From Bacteroidales bacterium M3 (lineage in GTDB: Bacteria > Bacteroidota > Bacteroidia > Bacteroidales > Muribaculaceae), in NCBI GenBank assembly GCA_001689445.1, contig LUJN01000040.1, positions 2,467 through 66,466 of the forward strand: a stretch of DNA of 64,000 nucleotides, in the 5' to 3' direction. The notes below the pieces were generated by a model. It made no database searches. It saw only the letters and a program-made list of their open reading frames with translations, and was not told where the DNA came from. This document shows positions 44,432 to 53,355 of this stretch, piece after piece. The number at the start of each line of letters is the position of its first letter. Position 1 is the stretch's first letter. Position numbers and translations under genes: made by a program.

Positions 44432-45934
44432 CTATTTGGCGGGGGTGTCGGTCTTTTTGGGTGCCTTTTCCTTGGCGGGGGACTTGCGGGGACGGCCAGC
44501 CTTGGCCTTGGGCTTTGATTCGGGCTTTGGCTCGGCGGAGGCGGCGGGAGCGGCGGGAGCAGCAGGGGCCCGGTCGCCGGCGGCCTTGGCTGCGGCAGCT
44601 TCGGCCTGGGCGCGGGCTACCTCGTTGGGGTCGAGACGCTCGATGTTGTTGCGCATGGATGACAGCTCCTTATTGAGCATCTCTATCTCGTTGCCTTGAT
44701 TGCGGATGGTGGTCAGCAGGGCATTAAGCTCCTCGTTCTCAATCGACAGCGGATATTGCTCCTCGACGCGCACGATGAAGTCGGCAAGGACATTCATGTA
44801 GTTGGTGAACGCCTGAAACGGGGTCTCATAGGGGCTGAAGTGGGAGTGCACCGCGCCGTCGGCCTTGCGCTTGGTCGACATGTAGAACAGGTGGTCGCTC
44901 GCCTGGAGGTAGTACCAGTCCTGCTTCAGTCGACGGTCCTCACATAGGCGCACGCGCTCGGCCACGGAGTAGAGTTTGTTGAACGCCTCGTTCTGGAGTT
45001 TGTTGCCGAGCCATGCCGAGGTGTCGCGAGCCTCGTCAGCCCACGATATTGGGTGGAGTATCGACAGTTCGCCGACTGCCTTGAGTTTGGTGACTGCCTC
45101 GGTCGGGGTCATGAAGTCGATGCCCCGCTCGGCGGCAAAGCGCGGGAGGGCCTCAAGGAACTGGAATATGCCGGTCTCGCGGGTCTGCAGCTCACCGAAT
45201 GTCTCAAGGTTCATAAACAGGTTGACAATCTGCTCCTCGGGGGGAGTATTGGCAATCCAGTCGATGTACTTGTCGGCGGTCAGCGGATAGGCGTCCCACT
45301 CGGTGTTGGAGAACCGGAAGGATATATCGTCGCTCAGCTTGGAGTTCTTCAACAGCAGCTTGAGTTTGGGAGCGGATGCCGCGCTGTAGATATAGTTGGG
45401 CGACTTCCACCCGAGAATATGTTTCGCGCCCTCGGTGATGACACCCTTGTAGCCCATCGAGGCGATGACGGGAGCCATCTCGTCACAATAGATAAGCTCG
45501 GTGTTGCGCAACACCTTGGGTTTCTGGCCGAAAAGCTCGTATATTTTCTCATCGTGCACCTTCACCTGGTTGATGAACTCGTCCGCGTCGATGAGCGACG
45601 AGAGGGAATGGGCATAGGTCTCGGCAAGGAACTCCACCTTGCCCGTGTCGGCGAGCTTCTTGAGCAGGTCGACAAACTCGGGGACATACTGCTCACACTG
45701 CTCCAGGGCGACGCCGGTGATGGAGATGGCGCAACGGAAACGCCCGTTGCTCTGCTCTATCATGCGCAGCAGGCTCTCAGCGGCAGGGATATAGCTTCGG
45801 TGGGCTATGCGGGTGATGATGTCGTCGTTGGCAAAGTCGTCATAATAATAGTGGTCGTTGCCGATATCAAAGAAACGGTATCTCTTGAGGCGGAACGGCT
45901 GGTGTATCTGGAAATAAAAACAGATTGCTTTCAT
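44432..45934 (-). CDS. Glycoside hydrolase family 57 (alpha-amylase or 4-alpha-glucanotransferase type) with a basic low-complexity C-terminal tail
   Basis: The N-terminus MKAICFYFQIHQPFRLKRY is typical of GH57. After about residue 400 come a coiled coil and an Ala/Pro/Lys tail that includes GRPRK. Confidence 0.8.
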   Translation of the reverse strand: MKAICFYFQIHQPFRLKRYRFFDIGNDHYYYDDFANDDIITRIAHRSYIPAAESLLRMIEQSNGRFRCAISITGVALEQCEQYVPEFVDLLKKLADTGKVEFLAETYAHSLSSLIDADEFINQVKVHDEKIYELFGQKPKVLRNTELIYCDEMAPVIASMGYKGVITEGAKHILGWKSPNYIYSAASAPKLKLLLKNSKLSDDISFRFSNTEWDAYPLTADKYIDWIANTPPEEQIVNLFMNLETFGELQTRETGIFQFLEALPRFAAERGIDFMTPTEAVTKLKAVGELSILHPISWADEARDTSAWLGNKLQNEAFNKLYSVAERVRLCEDRRLKQDWYYLQASDHLFYMSTKRKADGAVHSHFSPYETPFQAFTNYMNVLADFIVRVEEQYPLSIENEELNALLTTIRNQGNEIEMLNKELSSMRNNIERLDPNEVARAQAEAAAAKAAGDRAPAAPAAPAASAEPKPESKPKAKAGRPRKSPAKEKAPKKTDTPAK

Positions 45935-45986
45935 CGGTATGTTATGCTAAAATCGGGTTGATGTGATTATTAACTTATGAATGTGC

Positions 45987-47249
45987 TCAGTCGCGGCCAA
46001 GCACCTTTTTATAAATGTCTATGACCTTGCGTCCGGCCTTGTCCCAGGTGATGCGGTTCACCTCGTCGAGGCCGTCCTGCCGCAGCTGCTCGTACATCGC
46101 CGGGTAGGTGACAATCGAATAGATGGCATCGGCCATGGCGTCGATGTCCCAGTAGTCGGTCTTTATCACGTTGTCAAGTATCTCGGCACATCCGCTCTGC
46201 TTGGAGATGATGGAGGGCACGCCCATCTGCATCGCCTCAAGCGGGGAGATGCCAAACGGTTCGGAGACCGATGGCATGATGTAGACGTCGGACGCCTTGA
46301 GCATCTCGTAAACCTGACGCCCCTTCTGGAATCCGGGGAAATGGAAACGGTCGGCGATGCCGCGCTCGGCGGCGAGGGTAATCATCTTGTCCATCATGTC
46401 GCCGCTGCCCGCCATGACAAAGCGCACGTTGTGGTTGTTTTTCAACACTTTTGCAGCCGCCTCGACAAAGTATTCCGGGCCTTTCTGCATCGTGATGCGG
46501 CCGAGGAATGTGACAATTTTCTCCTTTGGACGTTGCACCTCGACATTGAGCAGCTCGGGGCTGAGCGGCTCGACGGCATTGTGGACGGTAGTCACCTTGG
46601 AGGGGTCAATGCCATACTTCTCGATGACAGTCTGCCGGGTGAGGTTGGAGACGGTGATTATATGGTCGGCGTTGTTCATGCCGTCAAGCTCGATGCCGAA
46701 GACGGTGGGGTTGACATTGCCGCGCGAGCGGTCAAAGTCGGTGGCATGTACATGTATCACCAACGGCTTGCCCGTAACCTGCTTGGCATGGATGCCGGCG
46801 GGATAGGTCAGCCAGTCGTGGGAGTGGATGATGTCAAACTCCTCCGTGCGGGCTATCACACCGGCGCATATCGAGTAGTTGTTGATTTCTTCCAACAGGT
46901 TGTCGGGATAGCGGCCAGAGAACTCAATGCAGCCAAGGTCGTTGGTCATCATATAGTTGAAGTCGGCATATATGTGGTCGCGCAGACGGAAATACTCGTC
47001 GGGGGACATCACGTTGCCGATGCGGCTCTCTACATACTCGCGGCTGACGTCGCGCCAGCAGATGGGGGTCTGGGATGCACCGATAATCTTGGCAAACCCT
47101 TTCTCCTCGTCGCCGTAAGGCTTGGGTATGACAAAGGTTATATCCATGTCGCCATTCTCCCACATTCCCTTTGTGAGGCCGTAGCTGGCGGTGCCGAGGC
47201 CGCCAAGGATATGGGGCGGGAACTCCCACCCGAACATTAATGCTTTCAT
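45987..47249 (-). CDS. Glycosyltransferase family 4, glycogen synthase-like
   Basis: The start at MKALMFGWEFPPHILGGLGTASYG (47249) is preferred. The ORF-track start at 47411 would overlap the upstream gene. A GT-B C-terminal E..G...LEAM block is present (EPFGISPLEAM). Confidence 0.8.
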   Translation of the reverse strand: MKALMFGWEFPPHILGGLGTASYGLTKGMWENGDMDITFVIPKPYGDEEKGFAKIIGASQTPICWRDVSREYVESRIGNVMSPDEYFRLRDHIYADFNYMMTNDLGCIEFSGRYPDNLLEEINNYSICAGVIARTEEFDIIHSHDWLTYPAGIHAKQVTGKPLVIHVHATDFDRSRGNVNPTVFGIELDGMNNADHIITVSNLTRQTVIEKYGIDPSKVTTVHNAVEPLSPELLNVEVQRPKEKIVTFLGRITMQKGPEYFVEAAAKVLKNNHNVRFVMAGSGDMMDKMITLAAERGIADRFHFPGFQKGRQVYEMLKASDVYIMPSVSEPFGISPLEAMQMGVPSIISKQSGCAEILDNVIKTDYWDIDAMADAIYSIVTYPAMYEQLRQDGLDEVNRITWDKAGRKVIDIYKKVLGRD

Positions 47250-47259
47250 GGCTCGTGGG

Positions 47260-49203
47260 TTAGATGTTAAACTTCTTGAGGGTACGTATGGTGCGGAGCA
47301 CTTCGGCCACATTGACGGCCTGGGAGATAGCCCCGCGCCCGGTAAACGGCGGGTTGCCGTCATAGAGCTGCGACAGGGAGCCGATGCACCCCTGCGACAT
47401 CTCGTCCTCAAACCCTATGAGCATCCTGTCGATATAGGAGACACCGCTCATGCCGAACACACGGATGTAGGCGTCGGCATAGAAGCCCATCAGCCACGGG
47501 CGCGCCGGACCGTTGAAGTAGGCCTTCTCGCGCTCCTCGGGAGAGCCGACATAGAACGGGCTGTAGCCGTAGCTCTTGGGCGAGAGCGTGCGCAGGCCCT
47601 TGGGGGTAAGCAGTTCGCGTGTCACAACATCAAGCACCGACTTGCGCTGGCGACGGTCGAGCGGCGAATAGTCGAGACCGATGGCTATCGCCATGTTGGG
47701 ACGCACCGACGGCTCGGCATACGTGCCGTTGACATAATCATACAGATAGCCGTAGTCGTTGAGGAACGTGTCGATGAACGCCTGACGGCAACGGTCGGCC
47801 AACTGCTGCCAACGCTCGCGTGCCGAGGCATACTCGTCCATCCCTTCGGTGAGAGCGATGGCAAACATAAGCGCATTGTACCACAACGCGTTAAACTCGA
47901 CAAGATAGCCCGTACGCGGTATCAGCGGACGCCCATTGAGCATCGAGTTCATCCACGACACGGGATTTCCGGTGCCGATGGTCGCCACAAGCCCGTTGTC
48001 GTCGACGCCGAGGTTGGAATGGCCCCCGTCGGCGATATAGTCGATGATGCGCCCCACTATACCGGCATACCGCCGTGCAGTCTCCTCATTGCCATAATTC
48101 TTGGCATACTGCTGCACTGCCCACACAGCCCACAGGGGCACGTCGGGAAGGTCTATCCCGTCGATACGGGAGTCGGTCTCCTCATCGTCCATATATCGGC
48201 CGAGGGCATCGGCGGCGGTGGCAAATATGCGTTCAAAATCCTCGCGATGGTGTATGGCGAGCGTTGTGCCGGGCAATGCGATGAATGTCTCGCGGGCATT
48301 GACCGAGGTCCAGGGATAGCTCGCTATTATATACTCCTTGTCGCCGTCCATAAGGTAGAACTGCTTGGCGGCGTTCTTCAGACAGTTGTAGAAGCTCGTG
48401 CGGCATGTGCGCGATGCAATCTCCATCTCGTAGGTCTTTGCCATCGAGCGCGGCGACACCTCGTTGACACCGGCGGAGAATATGAGCGTCTCCCCTTTCT
48501 TGATGGGGATGGAGAAATAGCCAGGCACCCACAGGTCCTCGCAGTAGGGCACGCCGCGCTCCATATCCTTGAAGTATTCGATGCCGTTGTACCAGTGAGG
48601 CTCGTAGTGCCACTCGGGCTTGCGGCTGAACTGCATGTAGAGCGTCGGATATCCGTCATAGAGACAACAGGCCACGCCGTTGGTCACCTCGCGGCACTCG
48701 GTGTTGAGGCGGTCATTGGCGACACAAAGAGCATTGGCATCGCGGAAAGCGAGAAACGGGCGAAACTGCAACGTCGTCGGCGAATGGGCCTCGACAAGCG
48801 TGTAGCGTATCATGAAACGGTTTTCATGGGATATGAATATCTTCTCCTTCGTCAATATGACGCCGCCGACACGATAGGTCATGCGGGGGACACTCTCGCA
48901 GTCAAACTCGCGGATATATTTGTGCCCGTTTGGGCTGTATACACCGCCCGAATAGCGGTGAAGCCCGAGGTTGAAAGGCGCTCCGTGCTGTATGACCGTC
49001 TCGTCGAGCGACGAGAGCAGCACATGGGGCCGGTTGTCCATCTCCTTGACCGGGATGACGAGCAAGCCATGCTGCTTGCGGGTGTTGCATCCCGTGATGG
49101 AGGTACAGTGGTAGGCACCGGCCTGATTGGTACGGAGCATCTCCTTTGTAAGGGACTGATCGAGATTAATCAGCAGATTCTTATCAAACTTGAGATAGCT
49201 CAT
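47260..49203 (-). CDS. Glycogen debranching enzyme family protein (amylo-alpha-1,6-glucosidase, GH133-type)
   Basis: 647 aa. The N-terminal block REMLRTNQAGAYHCTSITGCNTRKQHGLLV is typical of the GDE_N plus GDE_C architecture. Confidence 0.8.
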   Translation of the reverse strand: MSYLKFDKNLLINLDQSLTKEMLRTNQAGAYHCTSITGCNTRKQHGLLVIPVKEMDNRPHVLLSSLDETVIQHGAPFNLGLHRYSGGVYSPNGHKYIREFDCESVPRMTYRVGGVILTKEKIFISHENRFMIRYTLVEAHSPTTLQFRPFLAFRDANALCVANDRLNTECREVTNGVACCLYDGYPTLYMQFSRKPEWHYEPHWYNGIEYFKDMERGVPYCEDLWVPGYFSIPIKKGETLIFSAGVNEVSPRSMAKTYEMEIASRTCRTSFYNCLKNAAKQFYLMDGDKEYIIASYPWTSVNARETFIALPGTTLAIHHREDFERIFATAADALGRYMDDEETDSRIDGIDLPDVPLWAVWAVQQYAKNYGNEETARRYAGIVGRIIDYIADGGHSNLGVDDNGLVATIGTGNPVSWMNSMLNGRPLIPRTGYLVEFNALWYNALMFAIALTEGMDEYASARERWQQLADRCRQAFIDTFLNDYGYLYDYVNGTYAEPSVRPNMAIAIGLDYSPLDRRQRKSVLDVVTRELLTPKGLRTLSPKSYGYSPFYVGSPEEREKAYFNGPARPWLMGFYADAYIRVFGMSGVSYIDRMLIGFEDEMSQGCIGSLSQLYDGNPPFTGRGAISQAVNVAEVLRTIRTLKKFNI

Positions 49204-49365
49204 TGATAGTTAGAATTAGTATTATATGTTGTGCTAGTATATCTCTATGTAAGGTTATGTAACTACGAATATAGCTCTTTTTTATAAAAAATGCAAACAG
49301 GGGTAGTACTATTTTTATCCACAAAAACATATGTCACCCTCAACAGCGTATAAGCCAGCTGTTTA

Positions 49366-50340
49366 TCAAGGGCGCCAAAACAATCGATGGAACGCTGTAG
49401 TAAGGTCTCGTATCATGTTTTCCATTGGAGTGATAACCGGCTTGAACTCCACCGAACGCGTCGGGGCAAGCAGCCGCAGGGCGTTGTGATGGCACTTCAC
49501 GGCCATCGCCTCGGGCATCGTGACCGGCTCGCCGTCGATATGCGCCGCCCCTGCCCCGCTGCGGTATATGACCGCCGACGGGACACGGAATGTGCGTATC
49601 ATCGTGTTGGAGTTGATGGCCCCCGTGAACAGGTCAAACCCGACAAAGGCCGTGTCGAGCGGCGACCCGGCATGGACTATCGTTATGTCAAGCAACCCGT
49701 CGGTGATGGATGCAGTCGGAGCGATATATGCATTGTTGCCATACTGCGAGGCGTTGCACACGGCGATAAGGAATGCCTTCTCGGTAAGCAGCTTGCCGTT
49801 GGCGCTGATGGTGTAGACCTCGGGATGGTAATTGACATACTCAGATATCGCGCTCTTGAGGTACATGAGACGCCCCCGGCGGTGCTGCCGCGAGAATGTC
49901 TCGCTCACGGCGGCGTCAAAACCCAGGCCGAAAGTGCAGAAAAACGGCTCGTCGTTGACCGTGCCGAAGTCGGCGTCGACGACGTTGCGTTCAAGAATTA
50001 CATTGACCGCCGACTCCACGTCGACCGGGATACCGAGATGACGGGCAAGCCCGTTGCCCGAGCCAAGCGGTATTATGCCCATCGGCATCGCCGTTCCGCG
50101 CAGGGCTCGTGCCGTCTCATTAACCGTGCCGTCCCCCCCGGCGGCAATCACGGCATCAAGCCCCGTAGCGACAGCCTCTCGGGCAAATGCCGTGGCGTCG
50201 CCCCGGCCCCGCGTAAACCGTGTCTCGACCTCCCATCCGCGCTCCGCGAGGCGGCGCGACAGGTATCCGTCGACACCGGTCTTCCCCGACGTCCCGGCAA
50301 TGGGATTGATGATGATGAGCACACGCGGATTCTCGGTCAT
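49366..50340 (-). CDS. Diacylglycerol/lipid kinase family protein (YegS/BmrU type)
   Basis: The start at MTENPRVLIIINPIAGTSGK (50340) is preferred. Contains GGDGT (AAGGDGTVNE). The longer ORF-track N-terminus is Cys/Arg-rich and implausible. Confidence 0.8.
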   Translation of the reverse strand: MTENPRVLIIINPIAGTSGKTGVDGYLSRRLAERGWEVETRFTRGRGDATAFAREAVATGLDAVIAAGGDGTVNETARALRGTAMPMGIIPLGSGNGLARHLGIPVDVESAVNVILERNVVDADFGTVNDEPFFCTFGLGFDAAVSETFSRQHRRGRLMYLKSAISEYVNYHPEVYTISANGKLLTEKAFLIAVCNASQYGNNAYIAPTASITDGLLDITIVHAGSPLDTAFVGFDLFTGAINSNTMIRTFRVPSAVIYRSGAGAAHIDGEPVTMPEAMAVKCHHNALRLLAPTRSVEFKPVITPMENMIRDLTTAFHRLFWRP

Positions 50341-50475
50341 AAAGGCTGTTTGTCTAAATATGCCGCAAAGGTAGCAATTTTCCCGGAAACAACCCACACG
50401 CCGGCAGCATGCCACATGGAGCAGACAAAACCATCCACGATGTCCACGCACCACGGCGCGTCCCTACAGGGTGGA

Positions 50476-50682
50476 CTATTTGTCTGAATTTCTCTCTCGG
50501 CGCTTATGGTACAGCCTAATGATAATCGCGAGCAGTATGCCTCCCGCAACAACAGCCCATCCGTTGACTAACGAAGCGCCTATATCAAAATGGAACACCT
50601 TACCGCCGACAAAAAGGATGAACGGACTAATAATCAACAATATAATAAAACCTATATATGATTTAGGAACTCTTTTATCCAT
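50476..50682 (-). CDS. Small two-TM membrane protein, hypothetical
   Basis: 68 aa. Two hydrophobic helices and a basic C-terminus (YHKRRERNSDK). No homology was recognised. Confidence 0.35.
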   Translation of the reverse strand: MDKRVPKSYIGFIILLIISPFILFVGGKVFHFDIGASLVNGWAVVAGGILLAIIIRLYHKRRERNSDK

Positions 50683-50790
50683 AACCTTAATGCTAATGCC
50701 CCTGCAAAGTTAACGAATTTCACGCAACATACCTCATTTTCGGCCTATCAGACATGTGACAATTTGATACAATAATGACATAAGACAGCG

Positions 50791-50817
50791 CGGGCGCCCC
50801 GATGGTCGGGACGCCCG
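50791..50817 (-). terminator. Hairpin downstream of rng
   Basis: cgggcgcccc-gatggtc-gggacgcccg forms a 10-bp stem with one mismatch. It lies 33 nt after the rng stop and has a weak U-tract. Confidence 0.4.
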
Positions 50818-50849
50818 TGTGGTTGGGGGATGGAAAGGGGCCGGACGGC

Positions 50850-52472
50850 CTATTCCTCCTTTACGCGGTTCTTGGCTTTAGATTTTGACTTGGACGATGA
50901 GGAGTCCATATCCTTTTCTTCTTTGAGGTCAATCTCGTTGCGCTCCTTGTCGAGCACGCGGTATTGCAGATAGGCCAGCGACTGGTCGGGGAGCACACGG
51001 AATTTGCGCCCCAGCTCCATGCGCCACTTGCGGTAGGGCGACAGCAGGCCCTTCTTGAGGAAAGCGTCGACAAACGGGTGGACATACATCACGAAGTCCT
51101 CGACGTGTAGGTCATGGAGCAGGTACTCGATTTTCTCCTTGAGCGTGTCGGTGAACAGCAACGACGGCTGCACCTCACCCTTGCCGAAGCACGAGGGACA
51201 CGCCTCGGTCGTGACAATATCGAGGGCCGGACGCACACGCTGACGGGTTATCTGCATAAGCCCGAACTTGCTGAGAGGCAAGATATTGTGCCGCGCACGG
51301 TCATTGGCCATGACCTCGCGCATGTGCTCGTAGAGCTTCTGGCGGTGCTCGGCCTTGTTCATGTCGATGAAGTCAATCACTATGATGCCTCCCATATCAC
51401 GCAGACGCAGCTGGCGGGCAATCTCGTCGGCGGCACGCATGTTGACCTCAAGGGCATTGCTCTCCTGGTCGGGGGCAGCCTTGGAACGGTTGCCCGAGTT
51501 GACGTCGACCACGTGTAGAGCCTCGGTATGCTCGATGATGACATACGCCCCCGACTTGAAGGAGACGGTCTTGCCGAATGACGACTTTATCTGCTTTGTG
51601 ATATTGAAGCTGTCAAATATAGGCTCGGGCTTGTCATAGTACTTCACTATCTCGCTGCGGTCGGGCGCTATGAGGCTGACATACTTTGATATCTGATTGT
51701 AGGTCTCCTCGTCGTTGACGTAGATGTTTTCAAACGACGGGGAAAACAGGTCGCGTATCACTCCGAGTATACGGCTGTCCTCCTGAAAGACGAGTGCCGG
51801 AGGGGTTGACTTCTGCGCCTTGGCTATGGCATCGTCCCAGCATTTGAGCAGGGTCTTCAGCTCGTGGTTAAGCTCGGCGACGCGCTTTCCCTCGGCCGAG
51901 GTACGCACGATGACGCCGAAGTTCTTAGGTTTGATGCTCTCGATGAGCTGACGCAGGCGCAGCTTCTCCTCGGTGGTCTTTATCTTCTGCGATATAGAAA
52001 TCTTGTTGCAGAACGGGATTAGCACGAGGAAGCGGCCGGTGAATGTAATCTCGGTGGTGAGGCGCGGGCCTTTGGAGGAGATGGGTTCTTTTGCTATCTG
52101 CACGAGGAGTTCCTGCCCCGGGGTGAGGCGGTCGGCGATGGAGCCGTGCTTGTCGATGTCGGGGAGCAGCTTTGCCTTTGGCAGGGAGGGTTGCTTCTTG
52201 CGGTCGGCAAGCATCTGCTTGAGAAATTCCTCGTAGGATGCAAACTGGGAGCCAAGATCGAGGTAATGGAGGAAAGCGTCCTTGTCGTAGCCTACGTCGA
52301 CAAATGCGGCATTCAGCCCGGGCATCAGTTTCTTGACTTTTGCCAGGTAGATGTCGCCGACGGCATAGGAGATGTCGCGCGACTCCTTCTGGAGCTGCAC
52401 GAGCCGGGAGTCCTCAAGGAGGGCTATTGACACCTCCTTGGGTTGCACGTCAACTATAAGTTCGCTTTTCAT
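50850..52472 (-). CDS. rng: Ribonuclease G/E family endoribonuclease
   Basis: The start at MKSELIVDVQPKEVSIALLED is preferred. An S1 domain (GDIYLAKVKKLMPGLNAAFVDVG) and a catalytic-domain block (GGIIVIDFIDM) are present. The C-terminal tail is Ser/Lys-rich. Confidence 0.85.
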   Translation of the reverse strand: MKSELIVDVQPKEVSIALLEDSRLVQLQKESRDISYAVGDIYLAKVKKLMPGLNAAFVDVGYDKDAFLHYLDLGSQFASYEEFLKQMLADRKKQPSLPKAKLLPDIDKHGSIADRLTPGQELLVQIAKEPISSKGPRLTTEITFTGRFLVLIPFCNKISISQKIKTTEEKLRLRQLIESIKPKNFGVIVRTSAEGKRVAELNHELKTLLKCWDDAIAKAQKSTPPALVFQEDSRILGVIRDLFSPSFENIYVNDEETYNQISKYVSLIAPDRSEIVKYYDKPEPIFDSFNITKQIKSSFGKTVSFKSGAYVIIEHTEALHVVDVNSGNRSKAAPDQESNALEVNMRAADEIARQLRLRDMGGIIVIDFIDMNKAEHRQKLYEHMREVMANDRARHNILPLSKFGLMQITRQRVRPALDIVTTEACPSCFGKGEVQPSLLFTDTLKEKIEYLLHDLHVEDFVMYVHPFVDAFLKKGLLSPYRKWRMELGRKFRVLPDQSLAYLQYRVLDKERNEIDLKEEKDMDSSSSKSKSKAKNRVKEE

Positions 52473-52588
52473 CTCATTATCGGTTAAAGCAACAAAGGAC
52501 AAACTCAATGGGCCGTCTCCCGCCTTGGGGGCGCCGCATCAGGTTTGTCCTTTGTAGGCGTTCCTGAGTGGAATCGGTCGTCTACCGT

Positions 52589-52678
52589 TTATTTCTTCTT
52601 GTGACGATTCTTTCTCAGACGTTTTTTGCGCTTGTGGGTAGCCATCTTGTGGCCTTTTCTTTTCTTTCCGCTGGGCAT
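52589..52678 (-). CDS. Small basic ribosomal protein bS22-type (AURKAIP1/COX24-domain family), 29 aa
   Basis: Not in the ORF track. The minus strand encodes MPSGKKRKGHKMATHKRKKRLRKNRHKKK followed by a stop, between hup and rng. It matches my memory of the short Bacteroidota protein of this family. Confidence 0.7.
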   Translation of the reverse strand: MPSGKKRKGHKMATHKRKKRLRKNRHKKK

Positions 52679-52722
52679 TGTTACGCAGTTTTATTGATTA
52701 ATAAATAGAGTTTGTTGTTCCC

Positions 52723-52995
52723 TTATTTCACGTCCTCCATAAACACCTTTGCCGGCTTGAAAGCGGGGATTTTGTGTTCGGGGATGATTATTGTCGTGTT
52801 CTTGGAGATATTGCGGGCGGTCTTTTCAGAACGGGTCTTCACGATGAAGCTGCCGAATCCGCGCAGGTAAACGTTTTCTCCGTGAGCGAGAGAGTCCTTC
52901 ACTACTTCCATGAATTTCTCGATAGTCTCGAGGACATTGGCTTTCTCTATGCCGGTTGTCTTTGAAATCTCGTTAACGATGTCGGCTTTAGTCAT
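52723..52995 (-). CDS. hup: HU family DNA-binding protein
   Basis: 90 aa. MTKADIVNEISKTTGI...VYLRGFGSF.VK.R..K.ARN is canonical HU. Confidence 0.9.
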   Translation of the reverse strand: MTKADIVNEISKTTGIEKANVLETIEKFMEVVKDSLAHGENVYLRGFGSFIVKTRSEKTARNISKNTTIIIPEHKIPAFKPAKVFMEDVK

Positions 52996-53159
52996 TGTTT
53001 GCTAATATATAATTGGTTTAACATTTTCTTGATGGGCACGCAGTTAGCGGCATCAGTGATGACCGTTTTTTTTGCAGTTGCAAATATCGCACTTTTTTTT
53101 CAATTGGAGGCAATATGCCTGACGTTTTTTTGATTATCCTGTATAAAATCACCACTTTA

Positions 53160-53197
53160 GCGAGCGAGGGCGACCTTTTCAGGTCGCCCTCGCTCGC
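53160..53197. other. Perfect 16-bp GC-rich hairpin
   Basis: gcgagcgagggcgacc-ttttca-ggtcgccctcgctcgc. It lies between lpxA and hup, adjacent to the AT-word palindrome. Confidence 0.8.
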
Positions 53198-53200
53198 TTT

Positions 53201-53352
53201 AATGCATAATTCATAATGCATAATTCATAATTACCGTGATACGTGGTGTCGCGTCAGCTCAATTATGCTTAATCAATGCTTAATTCATAATGCTCAATGC
53301 ATAATGTTTTCGCGTCAGCCAATTATGCATTATGCATTAAGAATTATGAATT
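53201..53352. repeat. AT-rich ATGCAT-word inverted repeat enclosing a 19-nt direct repeat
   Basis: Left arm is aatgcataattcataatgcataattcataatt (53201-53232). Right arm is aattatgcattatgcattaagaattatgaatt (53321-53352). The inner direct repeats tcgcgtcagc(t)caattatgc lie at 53249-53268 and 53310-53328. Confidence 0.8.
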
Positions 53353-53355
53353 GAT

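Noticed and set aside
45981-49206. Very long plus-strand ORFs (45981..47240, 419 aa, and 47191..49206, 671 aa) opposite the GT4 and debranching-enzyme genes
   Set aside because: Their translations are Gly/Arg/Val/His-rich and low-complexity with no recognisable motifs. The minus-strand products have clear family signatures. GC-rich third codon positions keep the antisense frame open.
49387-50487. 366-aa plus-strand ORF opposite the lipid kinase gene
   Set aside because: It is an antisense shadow with Arg-rich composition. The minus-strand product carries the GGDGT kinase motif.
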